NCBI GenBank assembly: GCA_030704615.1
Contig: CM060733.1
Location: 49,104,001-49,168,000, forward strand
DNA length: 64,000 nucleotides
Direction: 5' to 3'
DNA from: Takakia lepidozioides
Taxonomy: Eukaryota; Plantae; Bryophyta
This document shows positions 1-11,922 of the stretch, piece after piece. Made by a program: the position numbers and the translations under genes. The notes below the pieces were generated by a model. It saw only the letters and a program-made list of their open reading frames with translations. It made no database searches and was not told where the DNA came from. Position 1 is the first letter of the stretch; every line of letters starts with the position of its first letter.

Positions 1-972
1 ACGGGAATGAGCAAAGAATTATAATGAGGCGTGAGGCCAAACATAGAATTGTGAAAGGCAGAGTAGGGAAGTTCGTAATAGAATCCGCGTCCGAGAGCGA
101 GGGGAATGTTGAGGACACTTCCGCACCCAGGTGGACAATTCCGGCTGGTGAGGATGGTATTTTTGAGGGGAGGGCTTCTCAGAGTAACAACGGTAGCGGC
201 AGTGCAGGTTCGGAGGCAGGTGGAAGGCAGCCATCCTTGCATGAGACCGGGGATGCATCGGACAGTGATAGCGGATCCTCACCATAGCAAAGTCTCATTT
301 GGATCCTTTTGTTGTACAGTTCTGAAACACTTAATGAAAATATTGACGATTTGAAAAATCATTGTGTTTAGACTGCTTGTCCGATTCCCTACATTTCTTC
401 TGCCAACCAAAATGTATAATAAAAGCAGAAGAGACGCAAACTTCAGTGAAGAACCCTACAAGTAATTTATGCACACCATCGAGCCGGGAACAATGAAAAC
501 CCTGCCATTTCTAACATTCCTATTGGGAAATTTGGCGTCGAAATAGCCCAGTGCGCGCCTTCGTTATATGGGCCTCAAAAATTCCACGGATGAATTACTG
601 CACCAAAATATCACGATGGAAGCCTTCAGCACAAAGCACTTCAGCACATTCCACTTGGGTATTTCGGCGCCGAAATAGCCCGTTCTGCGCCATTAAATAC
701 CGCACTATATCACATTTTAAGAGGTAATTTCGGTGCCGAAATACCCCGGTGGATGTCTTCAAAACACCATTTTAGCACACTGCTCTTGGGAATAACGACG
801 CCGAAATACCTCATTCCGCATCCTGGACCAGGAGAAACAGACTCTATTACTGAGGTAAGAGGACATAACACCGTCAATAAAGGCAGGAAAATTCCAATTC
901 CGCGGATGCCCGCTCATGAGCTCATAGGCTCATAGGCTCATGGGCTCATGCGCTCATGAAATAGTAAACCTC
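1..972 (+). mobile_element. Partial copy 1 of MULE-family element A (runs off the window start); contains the 3' end of the ParB-like gene and the GAGGTTT-type terminus
   Basis: 1-972 is the reverse complement of 13870-14827 with few substitutions and one 14-bp indel (~465-478). It ends in GCTCATGAAATAGTAAACCTC. The ORF at 24-287 matches the end of ORF 14541-15266 with one visible substitution. Confidence 0.9.
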
Positions 973-1949
973 GGCTACTTCGTGAGCAGGTGCACACTCA
1001 CATCATCCAAAGCGGATCCCTGCGAAATCTTTTCTTACTCACCACCCTTGCGAACATGCCAAATATGTGCGGGAACATCATGGATGCTCACCAGAATTGA
1101 GAATGCCTGAACGATCTTTGATCACGTGGACTTTAACGTGATGGATTTACCAAGCATTCTTCTAGCATGAATGGTTTGGAGACCAACGAGCAAATGATGC
1201 GAGAATGCTCTACCCGAACCAAAGATATTTGTTTGTTTTTGCAATGCTAACAAGCCTGTGAGCTCCGCAAAACACTAAATAGATTGAAGGAACAATCCCA
1301 TCTCCAACGATAGTATGTTCCCATGAATTTGCATCCCACGCACACATTGCAAACAGGACAACACGGACACACAACCATCCCATTTCCAAATTGGCCCCGA
1401 AGAAAAGCAAAAGAAAACTTCATATCAAGTGTCACAGTCATCAGAATCAGTATCGACCTCCTGTGCTATGTCATCCACAAAGATTCCGGCCCCAACACCA
1501 CGTCTTCTACCACGGCCGTCGATTGTTGGACTGCGAGTGCCATGAACGTACATGCTTGCTGCGAGTGCCTCCACATAGACAGGCAGCACGTAAGACTGAG
1601 GAGGACTTGAAAGAAGTCCAAAAAGGTGTGATAGCCCTGGAGGGTCAGTGGAAGCACGCGGACTCCTGCACAAGTCGACAAAAACCCATTTTGAACACAA
1701 TGATGTAATGCACAAGTCCAACGAAGAGGATATGTCCCATGTGCACTTCGCCTTAAGAACAGTGATTCTGGGTATCGAAACAACAATGCAAGCATCCACA
1801 GGTTGAACTTACTCACAGGCAAAGTCGAAGTCCAGCTCCTTGTCGGAAGTCTCCCCTGTATCAATATCAGCGGGTAGGGGCTTCGGAAGGACTTGAGAAG
1901 TGTGTCCACCCAAACCCATCAGGAGGTTCTTGTAAATCTCGCGCACTGG

Positions 1950-2790
1950 CCTTGCAAGCGTGGTACGAGGCACCTGTAGTGGAATACAATAAAGGAAACA
2001 GACATTGAAGACACATTTGGAACGGTGGGAAGAGCTGAAAGTGCAAGCTCAAACAAACCTCATGAAATGTGAATGTTGAAGAGACGAACCTGTGCCCATT
2101 GACAAATCCAGAACTCTGGCGTCTGTGTAGGTGCAGCACTCCACAATCGTCTGAATGAAAGCCGGGCTCCTCTCCCTGGCCCCTCTCCAAGGAACCCCAT
2201 TCCCCCTTCGCAAGCACACGTTGTTGTCCACGTAGTTGTGGTGCATGTCATCCGTGGGAGGATCTGTCCTCTCGTCTATGAACTTGCCCCCATGAGTGAT
2301 GGCGAACTCTCTAATGACGGCTGGAGTCGTAGGTGGATGCACTCGGACGAGACAAACAACTTCAAACAAAACATACACAAGGAAGTAAGAAGCTTGAAAA
2401 CCAGGCCCCTACATATTCATTTGAGCGACTTATGCAACTCCATCCGAGAACCACCAAGAAGAGGAACAAGAAGGCAGATTTACCATCTCTCCGAGATGAT
2501 CCCCCTTCGTCAGGTACATGCTGTTAACACAATTCCATGTCTTCACGACCCTCATACCGGAGGCTTTCAAATAGCTGGCAAGTGCATGGCGAAAGCAAAG
2601 GTCGATGGACTGGATGAGCACCAAAACACCTGCATCGGACAAAAAGAAATTGCAAAAGGAGAAAATCCACCGCCAGTAGCGCTCATCAAAAGCATTCCAA
2701 CCTGGACAAGCACCCGATGGAGGGACATCCGGGACTGGCAACCCATCAGGGATGTCCAAGATGATGACTTCTCCTTCCCGTTGACCCAGG
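1950..2790 (-). other. Beta-class N6-adenine/N4-cytosine DNA methyltransferase-like domain (N6_N4_Mtase-like), split over 3 exons
   Basis: Motif order: catalytic-like VIILDIPDG (cf. DPPY), then FLSDAGVLVL, WRGARERSPAFIQTIVECCT, and SAM-binding VLDLSMGTG|ASYHACKASAR (cf. VLDPFxGSGTTxxAAxxxGR). GT/AG boundaries are visible at ~2089 and ~1973. Confidence 0.65.
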
Positions 2791-4941
2791 ATTTGGTCAT
2801 TTTAGCCTGCAAACAAACATGCAATGGAATGCTCAAGATGATTGAAACGATCCATGCCCACAACGGATAAGAAGCAAAAGACAACACGCACCGTGCCGAG
2901 GAACTCCACAATCCTCTCCCACACTGGTGATGGTTCGCCCTAGTAATCAGATTTCTTGGACTCCATCATGGCAAGGAACCCGACGTTGGCCATCTCCAAC
3001 CTGGTAGGGAAAATGACCCTCGTGGGATGCTCCACTGCATGGTACGGGTCCTTGGGATCAACCACCCCCTTGTTCTTTCTCCCGGATCCCCTACCATGCG
3101 GTGGAGTCTGCTGGACATCCACCAGAGGGCCAGTATCTGCAACACTTCCCTGCCCACCTACCTGCCCTTGTGCCCCCTTCCCCCTACCCCTTCCTTTCCC
3201 CACACCACCAGCAACCTCCTTTCCCTTTGCCTTTCTACCTTTACTCGGTGTATCCTGAGCGGGAGGCTCCTTCTCAACGAGAGTCCTCAAATTTCTATTA
3301 TGAATGTCGAGGTCGGCTACTGTGGCGCTGGCTGCTATACGCTCATTCTCTCTCCTCAAAGACACCTCCTGAGTTGGGGTCTCAGAAGCAGGGCAATCCA
3401 AATACCAACCACAAGCAGAAAGATGGTCTGGGCCCCAGTCATGCAAGATCCCCGTAGTAAACATGGTCTGATTGCCAACAGGGACAAGCCAAAGGTCCAC
3501 GAAATCAGGATGTTTGTCCAAGAAGTTCTCTGCCATGACAACATACTTTATGTACCTGCAGGAACAAAGACAGCCTCATTATACAATGCAAATATTGTCT
3601 CCCAGCTTTTCGACCCCATCACGAAGACCCCCTAAAAGAGTATGCGGTACAGTACACTCCACCATAAACTCATATGAGCCAGCCAAAAACAGGTTGGATG
3701 GAGGAGAGTGTGTCTATGCAAAACAAAGAACCACAGTCCATTTCGCACTTGTAAAGGCATCGTTTCCAGGCTTCCTCTCCTTTCTCTTGCTGATCAAGCT
3801 CATTTGTTCGACTGATGCTAGCATCCTTGCTGAACTCTCTGAAGAAACAAGATTGCCACACTGTGGCTCTCCATTTCCTCATGTATGCTTGGAAGGAGAC
3901 CTTCGGTTCTGTCATGGTGATCCCATAGTCAGCCAACTGCGTATGTAGAACCGAGCGGGCCCTTTCCTCCAACTGCAGACCAATACAAAAGCAAGAATGA
4001 ACCCAAAAACAATCACAACCAATGTAACATGGAAAGAGAATGACAGAAAAAATGAAAAGAAAGTGACACAGCAAATGACATCATACCTGGCTCCAGTAAG
4101 CGGCCTTGTGAAGCCATGTGTCCAGCACATTGTCACTGACAGGAATGACACGCTGGGTCTTCTTTTCTTTCTCCGGCCTGGGGAACATGTGGGTATCCCT
4201 AACAGTGGGATCGGAGTTCCATATTTGTAGCCACTTCACCTTCTGTTCTGAAGACACGACGGCAGTAGCAACCTGTGTAACTTCTCTTGGGCCATCTCCG
4301 GCTTGCCTGGCTTGTTGTAATGGTTTTTCACCTCTTGAAGGAACTTTGGTCCGAAGGTTGGGTCTGCAATTCTCAGTTGTTTCACAAAAGCACTCATAAT
4401 AGTCCTTCTTGTGGCGGTCATCTCTTTCTGGATGTGACTCTCAACACCCTTTGTTGTCCTTCTCTCCTCAGGGGTAGAGCTGTAGTATTCCAGTTTGCCA
4501 CGCTCTCCTGCATCTGCAATGTCTTGCTGCAAGGGAATGCACGAGAGTTGCATCAACCCAAGGGCAAGGGAAACAAACAGAAACAAATATGTGGAAGCAG
4601 GAATATCAAAAGGCCAGATGATGGAAGATGTATCTCACCACGTACATATACTCCATGAAAGCCTCACGGGTCAACGAGTACCACGTTTCTGATGTCTTGG
4701 AGCTTTCGCACTTCTTGTACGTCTCTGCTCAAAGGATGGTCTTGAAGTTGGTCAAGGGCATCTGCCCGATCCTTTGTATCCTGTACAGTGTGTGTGAACC
4801 AGACTCGTTTTGACATGCGATGTCTCCGTCCCTCTGCAGAATGATGTGTGAAAGTCAGAATGAAATTCAAGGACCGTCAATAGAGGACTGGAACCAAAGA
4901 ACCACGGAACCACAAGTGGAACATGTAGAATGAGAAACCAA

Positions 4942-5538
4942 CCTGTTCACATCATTCATTGCCGTCAGAAGACCCATCATGTTCCCGTCACAATCCAGCA
5001 CCATCGATCGAACAGAGTAATGCCACTCTTCCTCCTGTGAGTGCAGCCTCCCAATGACAGCCATCCATGCAAGCAACCGGTGGTTGATATCCCAAACGTG
5101 AAACATCTTCCCTGAGAATGCCTGGGTGGAAGGTTTCCTGGAGAGAAGAAGTTCGAAGGATTCGTTCACCTATCTCCAAATGGGATCCCAGGAGTCCACG
5201 ATTGACTCATCCACAAGGAGCTCATTGCCTCTGGAATCCCTTGTAGAAACGTAAAAGACTGCGGATCCATCCAAATATCCATGAACAAACTTGGCCTCCA
5301 GCTTCAGGATGTCCTTGATGAGGGGTGGACGAACGACGGGCATGGAAACCAACCTACACAGGGGAATCTTCAACCTCCCCCCCGGGGCAAGCATACTTTG
5401 CACCAGAAGCTGAGAGTTTACCTTCTGACCCCCCAGCATCTCAGCGGCTTTGCTTTCATAGAACTCATCGTCCACATCAACAATGATCTCCTTCTCCTGC
5501 CCCGAATGGATCTCATCCGCCACACTTTGCATCTTCTC
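4942..5538 (-). other. ParB/Sulfiredoxin-like N-terminal domain exon of the element B cargo gene
   Basis: IPLCRLVSMPVVRP ... AVFYVS ... FHVWD(I)NHRLLAW resembles the hhDGxHRhxA signature and aligns by eye with ORF 15363-16412 (FFVWDGNHMMLAW). Confidence 0.65.
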
Positions 5539-5658
5539 CTGCAGGGTTGTTCATTCAAATTGATATAAGAGAGAGGCATGAAACGATGGTGTTTTGAGCA
5601 TGTCAGACAGGCCCTGTGTGGCCCAATTTCTCATCAGAAAACAAGCATTGTGGGGCCC

Positions 5659-7752
5659 AAAAACACTGTGCGTTGCCGCAGAATGGTTCAGCTTCCAAAT
5701 AGTGGTGTTTTGAACATGATATTTGGCCCTATGTGGCACATTTCTAGAAAAAAAACAAGCAGAGAGGGGGCCAAAAAGGGGGCACAAACAGTGTGCGTTC
5801 CCGCACACTCTTCGTGCTTCCAACTATGGGAGTTTTGAGCGTGCATACTGGCCCTGTTTGGCCCAATTTCACATAGAAAAACAAGCAGAGAAGGGGCTCC
5901 AAACAGTGTGCGTTGCCGCACACTGTTTGAGCTTCCAATAAGGGTTGGATTCAACCTGCCAGAGTGGCCCTAGGTGCCCGATTTTCACATAAAAAAACAA
6001 GCAGATAAGAGGGCTCAAACAGTGTGCGTTGCCGCACACTGTTTGAGCTTGCAATAAGGTGTGATTTTAACATGGCATAGTGGCCATGAGTGGCCGATTT
6101 TGAAATAAAAGAAAAGGCAGTGAAGGGGGCTCAAATAGTGTGCGTTGGCACACACTGTTTGAACTTCCATTTCGGGGTGGATTCAACCTGCCAGACTGGC
6201 CCTAGGTGCACAATTTTCATGTCCAAAAACAAGGAAATCAGGGGGCTCAAACAGTGTGCGTTGACGCACACTGTTTGGGCTGCCAGGTAAGTGTGAATTG
6301 AACCTGACAGAGATGACCTTTGTGGTCGATTCTACAATGAAAAAATAATGTCAAGTGTGGGCTCAAACAGTGTGCAATGCCGCACACTGTTTGAGCTTCC
6401 AAAAAGGGGTGGAATGAACCTTAGAGAGAGGCGACTGTGTGCACAATTTTCACATTAAAGAAACAATTACAAGGGGGGCTCAAACAGTGTGCGCTGCCAG
6501 GTTAGTGTGGATTGAACCTCACAGAGATACCCTGTCTGGACGATTTTATTATGAAAAAAACAATGAGAAGGGTGGCTCAAACAGTGTGCGTTTCGAAATA
6601 AGGGTGGATTGAACCTGCCAGAGTGGCCCTATGTGGCCGTTTTGAACATGAAAAAACAGGCAAAAATGGGCGGCTCAAACAGTGTGCAGTGCCGCACATT
6701 GTTTGAGCTTCCAATTCGGGGTGGATTCAACCTGCCAGAGTGGCCCTATGTGGCCGTTTTGAACATGAAAAAATAGGCAAAATGGGCGGCTCAAACAGTG
6801 TGCGGTGCCGCACACTGTTTGAGCTTCCAATTCGGGGTGGATTCAACCTGCCAGAGTGGCCCTATGTGGCCGATTTTCAAATGAAAAAAACAATGAGAAG
6901 GTGGGCTCAAACTGTGTGCGTTGACGCACACTGTTTGAGCTGCCAGGTAAGTGTGCATTGAAGCTGAAAGAGATGCCCTATGTGGCCGATTTTCAGATGA
7001 AAAAAACTATGACAAGGTCGGCTCAAACAGTGTGCGTTGACGCACACTGTTTGAGCTGCCAGGTAAGTGTGCATTGAAGCAAAGAGATGCCCTATGTGGC
7101 CGATTTTCAGATGAAAAAAACTATGACAAGGTGGGCTCAAACAGTGTGCGTTGACACACACTGTTTGAGCTACCAGGTAAGTGTGCATTGAACCTCAAAT
7201 ACATGCCCTATGTGGCCGATTTTCACATGAAAAAAACAATGACAAGGTGGGATCAAACAGTGTGCGTTGACGCACACTGTTTGAGCTGCCAGGTAAGTGT
7301 GCATTGAAGCTCAAAGAGATGCCCTATGTGGCCGATTTTCAAATGAAAAAAACAATGACAAGGTGGGCTCGAACAGTGTGCGTTGACGCACACTGCTGGA
7401 GCTGCCAGGAAATTGTTGATTGAACCTCATAGAGATACCCTGTCTGGACAATTTTATTGTGAAAAAAACAATGAGAAGGGGGGCTCGAACAGTCTGCGTT
7501 GGCGCACACTGTTTGAGCTTCGAAATAAGGGTGGATTGAACCGGACAGAGAGGCCCCTGTGTGCACCATTTCCACACCAAAAAACAAGGCATAAGGGGGG
7601 CTCAAACAGTGTGCGTTGCCGCACACTGTTTGAGCTTCCAATTCGGGGTGGATTGAACCTGCCATAGTGGCCCTATGTGGCCGTTTTGCACATCAAAAAA
7701 CAAGCAAAATGGGGGGGCTCAAACAGTGTGCGATGCCGCCCACTGTTTGAGC
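5659..7752. repeat. Tandem array, ~19 units of ~116 bp, each with the 36-bp inverted repeat GCTCAAACAGTGTGCG-N4-CGCACACTGTTTGAGC
   Basis: Palindrome starts near 5659, 5783, 5897, 6013, 6129, 6245, 6361, 6478, 6575, 6673, 6789, 6905, 7021, 7135, 7251, 7367, 7483, 7600, 7717. The intervening ~80 bp segments are homologous to one another. Confidence 0.95.
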
Positions 7753-8759
7753 TTCCAATTCGGGGTGGATTCAACCTGCTAGAGATGCCGTGTGTAGGCT
7801 ATTTTCATATCAAAATACAAGCATAACAGGGGTTCACATCACCAATGAAGCACAAAGGTGGGTCTCAAACATTGTACCTTTTATTTTGCTGCTCCAGAAG
7901 ACTCCCCAATCGCCGGAGACCCTTTGCGCTTTGGACTGCTCTCTACGCTGAGCATGTTCTAGAGCATCTCCCCCATCCTCTTTTCCACTATCTGGTTCTT
8001 CGTGAGGCCAGCATCAACATCATCTTTGACATCCGTCTCTCCCTCGGATGCAGTCTCCTCCTCACCTGTTCTTGGAAGTATGGCGGGTTGCTGTTTTTCT
8101 CCAGATTCCTGCTCTTCCATCGCGAGACTTTCCTCTTGCCCTCTTCTTCCTCCTTTTCCTCTTCGTCTACTCTTTCTATCCTCATTCTATATCTGGCTCT
8201 ATTCCTGTCCCTAGTGCTTGTGAAGTATAACGACTTCCTTCTCTTCCTCCTCCGGTGGAAACAAGGGCTCCCCACGCTGCCTCTAGAGCTCTCCAGTTTG
8301 ACGTTTGCAACAAGGGTTGCTATGGCATGTAACCAAAATAAAAATTGGACATTGTTAACCGTATATGGATGTGGGTGTCATCATTGTGTGCGAACGGAAT
8401 TCATCCATTTCGGCGTCTTTGTATTATCCAAGAAATAAAGTGGTATAAAGTAAGTAGATCCGTTGCATGTACTTGTGATATATGTCAGATGTGCTTCGCC
8501 GCCTGCCAATACATGGCAGCCTTCTTGCATTCTTTCAAATTTGGAAGTGCCGTAGAAATCTAATGCTAGTTCAATTTCGAGCAGTACTTGCAGATTTGCA
8601 ATAATTGTTATGCTTCACATATGCATCCACGTGTGCTGTACTGCCTACCCTGCGGTTTGCATTAGAGAAGACAATCAGCAGGATCAGTAGTTACCCCTGA
8701 CACTGCAGCATCGGTCGTGCAACGGAAGGGCACAGTTCATGTGAAACAAGAGGTGAGCA

Positions 8760-11700
8760 CATCCACTACATTCGTGACTCTTTCAGACTCGTCCTCGGAG
8801 GATGTTTCTGAGATTTCTCCGCCAGAGCAGCCTCCATTCTTGGATGATGACGAATTGTAGGAGATAACGAGTGTCATTCCAAAATTGAAAGCCCTCGCAG
8901 GGGTGCTTGGGTGCAAGAGCGAGCTGCGTTTTGTTGATTGGGAGTCCCTTCGTGTGCAGCGGGCTCAATACGTGCCAGCAGAGTTTGATGGGGACATCTT
9001 GTTTGAGCTCAACCCTCCCACGTCTTCCAGTGGACTAGCTGGGCTTTTGCAGGGCATGGACAAGAAACATGACGGACACCCTTGGTGCAAGACAAAAACG
9101 TCGAACATCCACAACGACATTGGATTGAAATTTTGAAGGTCAGTTTGCGTTGGGCATTGCAAGTGCGTGAATATTTCTTGCCCTCGCCTGAGAAACAGCG
9201 CTAAACCAAACAAAAGTGAGTGGGAAGGTGTGCCCCTAAATCCTTTCACCCCAGGACTTGCCCCTCCCAAGACCAATACTTTTGTGTGCAGGTTCTGCAA
9301 ACTTTCCCCATCCTGTGTTTATGTGTGCCACGCTCGTATGTACCAGGTGGCACACCGATGCAAGACAATGACTCGTGCTTGCATTCATATGGGTACACAC
9401 GAGCATCCTGTGTCCAAAGGAAGTTGCAGGGATAGCGTGGACATCGCTAGAAATCTGCTGAAGCAGGAGTTCCACAATGCCCCTTGTGCAACATCTTCTG
9501 CTATAGCGCTTGCAGCTAGCAAGGCATTCCTGGAAAAACACATACTGGGTGAAGGGGATGTGATACAACCAATGCTGGATGCAGATTCGCTTGATGCAGT
9601 AATGGACCATTTCTCCGTGTTGAGCTCTCCCAATATTCGAAACCAGGTGAATGCACTCAGAATGGGCACAGGCACTGCTGGATTCATGGACAACATTATG
9701 GACCTCAAACGGAGGAGTCGCTATGAATTCATTCAAGGCTCGTCCAAGGTGTATTTGTTCAAGATGTCCACAGTGGGCGAAGGCAGTGGTGTGAGCATTG
9801 TCCGCCAAATGCAACCTGGAGGAGATTTGGCAAAATGTTGGTTAATGTTTGATCATTGCAAATGGGTGAAGGGTTGGACAACCATGGCGTGCCATGTGTA
9901 CGATCCAGCGTACCAGCATGTGCTCTCCATAGCAATTTGTGATATACAGTCGGAGGACACTGAATCCTAGATGCTCATGTGGAATTCGCTCCTGGCCGTC
10001 ATGCAGCGCAATGGAATACAGAACACAAATTTTGCGGGTTTCATGGCTGAAGTGCATAGGCAAATTTCAATGCAGTGCGGCGCGTGTTTGGTTCGGGGGA
10101 TCCTAAGGTCCCAATGGAAAATAGGGAGCGCACATGCCTTTTCCATTGGAGTCAATCTCTAGCACGTCATACAAAAGCGCTGCATTCGCCCTGACCTTCA
10201 GTTGGAGCACAGAAGGCTCTGCCTCAAGTACAAAAATGCCACCTCAATGGGAGAAGCTAAGAGCACTTACCAAGCAATCCGGGCTTGGTGGTTCTCCTCT
10301 AGTGCTGCTACTGGTATCCACCTGAAGGAGTTGGAGGACTGGTTGGTTTTCTGGCACTTCAGGTACAGACAGTGGGGAGCTTTCATGACGACGGTAAGCC
10401 TCTTCAATCCCAGAAACACAAATTTCACTTTGCATCGTGCCTGTTCATTTGGGGTTGTTGGATTGTCACTTGCAGAACCTCTTCCATTTCCTTTCGTTCC
10501 TCACATTTCCATGCAATGCCTCCTATAGGACATGTCCTTGGAGGACTTGGCCGACATGCCATCCTGTAATTTGGCGGAGACTGTTCACAACGCCTGGATG
10601 CAGCAGTCTACCAAAGCAGGACGTGACTTGTATGTGGCCACTGCTGATGACATGGTGCGGGCACTTACACAACAAACCAGATACCGCCATTTTCTGTTGG
10701 GACGGGGTGGAGGCAAGGGCCCTGATACGACTTTGTTGATGCTAAGGGCTGCGAGTAGGTCCAGAGACCCATCGAAGATGGCCAGAGCTCTGAACAGGTG
10801 CACTGAAGGCTCCCCCATTTGGAAGGCGAGGAAATATTTGGATCATGCAAAAGGAAATTGAACACTCCTCCAGGGTCGGATGGAGATTCCCATCGGCCGG
10901 ATAGGGTCAATTCCTCTGTACCAAAGGTGTCTCTAGTGCAGACTAAGTCGTGTGCCCGCCCCTTCCCAGGTGGGTCCTCCTCCAGTGGAGTAGGTGCAGA
11001 TCATGCAAGCACAACAGCAGGAATCCCATTGGAGGAGGTGGTGGCCATGGCGCATGAATCTGATTGCATTGATAGTGAGTGGCATATAGAACGCACCCCA
11101 CCAGGATCTAGAGTGGCTTGCATGGCAATTCAGACCCCCTCTTTCAAGAAATGCAAATAAAAAATATGCAAAGACTCCAGGGGGACTCCAGCTCCAACAT
11201 TCACAGGGTTGTTCCGACCTTATCATAGTGGGGAGTCAAAGGACCACAAGTTCTGGTTCTGCCCAGTCGATATGGCATGATGCGTCAAGGGAACAGTTCG
11301 TCCTTCGGTGATAATGAAGCCCCCTCCCCCCACAGTTTGGCCTGTGAAACTTGGGACGTCGCTATCATCAACCGAGATAAACATGCTGGAGGAGGTAGGG
11401 TTCTGTCTTGCACGGTCCCGGGTGGTGCCCTCATGCACTGTCGGCACAGATGTGCCACATGCTCCGGCAATGCCTCCACCCGGTGCCGACTCCCACCCAA
11501 CAAAAGAGATGGAAAAACAGTGCGCCGTGTCGCTTCGGGTGCAGATCACGAATTCAAGATGGAATCGGGCTAGAATTTTGCAGGCTCGGGTGACTCATAT
11601 CACCGAAGTCTCTGCCCCGGGGTATGGATGGATTTACACAGTGCTGTCTATTGGCTCAGTTCTTCATGACAAAGAATATCAGGTTACCGTGGGGAATTTC

Positions 11701-11922
11701 CCTACGTGCACTTGTCCGGATTTTGTAACGATGCGTGAGGGCGCTCTCGGCATGAGAGGGAAGTGGGTCCCCTGCAAGCATCAATATTACATATACCTTG
11801 TAATTATGTGCTGCGATGGTAAGAGAGACCAATTCATTCACCAAGCCACACTAGGCTACGGAGAAGTCATCACCCTTCTGCAGCGAGACACCTCACGTAG
11901 GGCTCCGCCAAATTCTCTTTGA
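8760..11922 (+). pseudogene. MULE (Mutator-like) transposase with GCM/WRKY-like Zn domain, DDE core and C-terminal SWIM finger; start approximate
   Basis: HDGHPW..TSN..SVCVGHCKCVN..CRFC..C..IHMGTHEHP; WLMFDHCK; FAGFMA(D)SAxANFNAVRRVF; TCLFHWSQSL; SCNLAETVHNAW; YQVTVGNFPTCTCPDF..PCKHQYY. One intron at ~10394-10528, with stops (9134, 9968, 11158, 11278) and frameshifts. Confidence 0.85.

Larger units (their letters stand above)
1870..8300 (-). pseudogene. Multi-exon ParB/Srx-like domain + DNA amino-methyltransferase-like gene (disabled by nonsense changes); outer limits approximate
   Basis: An acidic first exon (~8300-7878, donor AAG|GT) splices in frame to an acceptor at 5538 (CAG|GAGAAGATG). 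It is followed by the ParB-like exon (LKIPLCRLVSMPVVRP...MFHVWDINHRLLAW), further exons at ~4830-2940 and MTase motifs at ~2780-1950. In-frame TAG at 5170 and 2940. Linkage of all exons into one transcript is inferred. Confidence 0.6.

Noticed and set aside
5551-7667. Short ORFs with AQTVCxNAHCLS / LKQCAxTHTV repeats, and FGAEIH-type ORFs at 17272-18453
   Set aside because: They are translations of the DNA palindrome arrays, appear on both strands and show no coding signal.
5659-7752. CRISPR array (36-bp palindromic repeats at regular spacing)
   Set aside because: Spacers are ~80 bp and homologous to each other rather than unique, no cas genes are present, and the context is a eukaryotic intron.
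7845-8438. 197-aa hydrophobic + strand ORF
   Set aside because: Antisense shadow of a purine-rich acidic exon on the - strand.
8760-11922. Zisupton/KDZ or Sola2 assignment (SWIM domain; GRG..CYC termini)
   Set aside because: MULE-type motifs (FMxD, CxFH, NxxExxH) and 9-bp TSDs on related MITEs favour Mutator.
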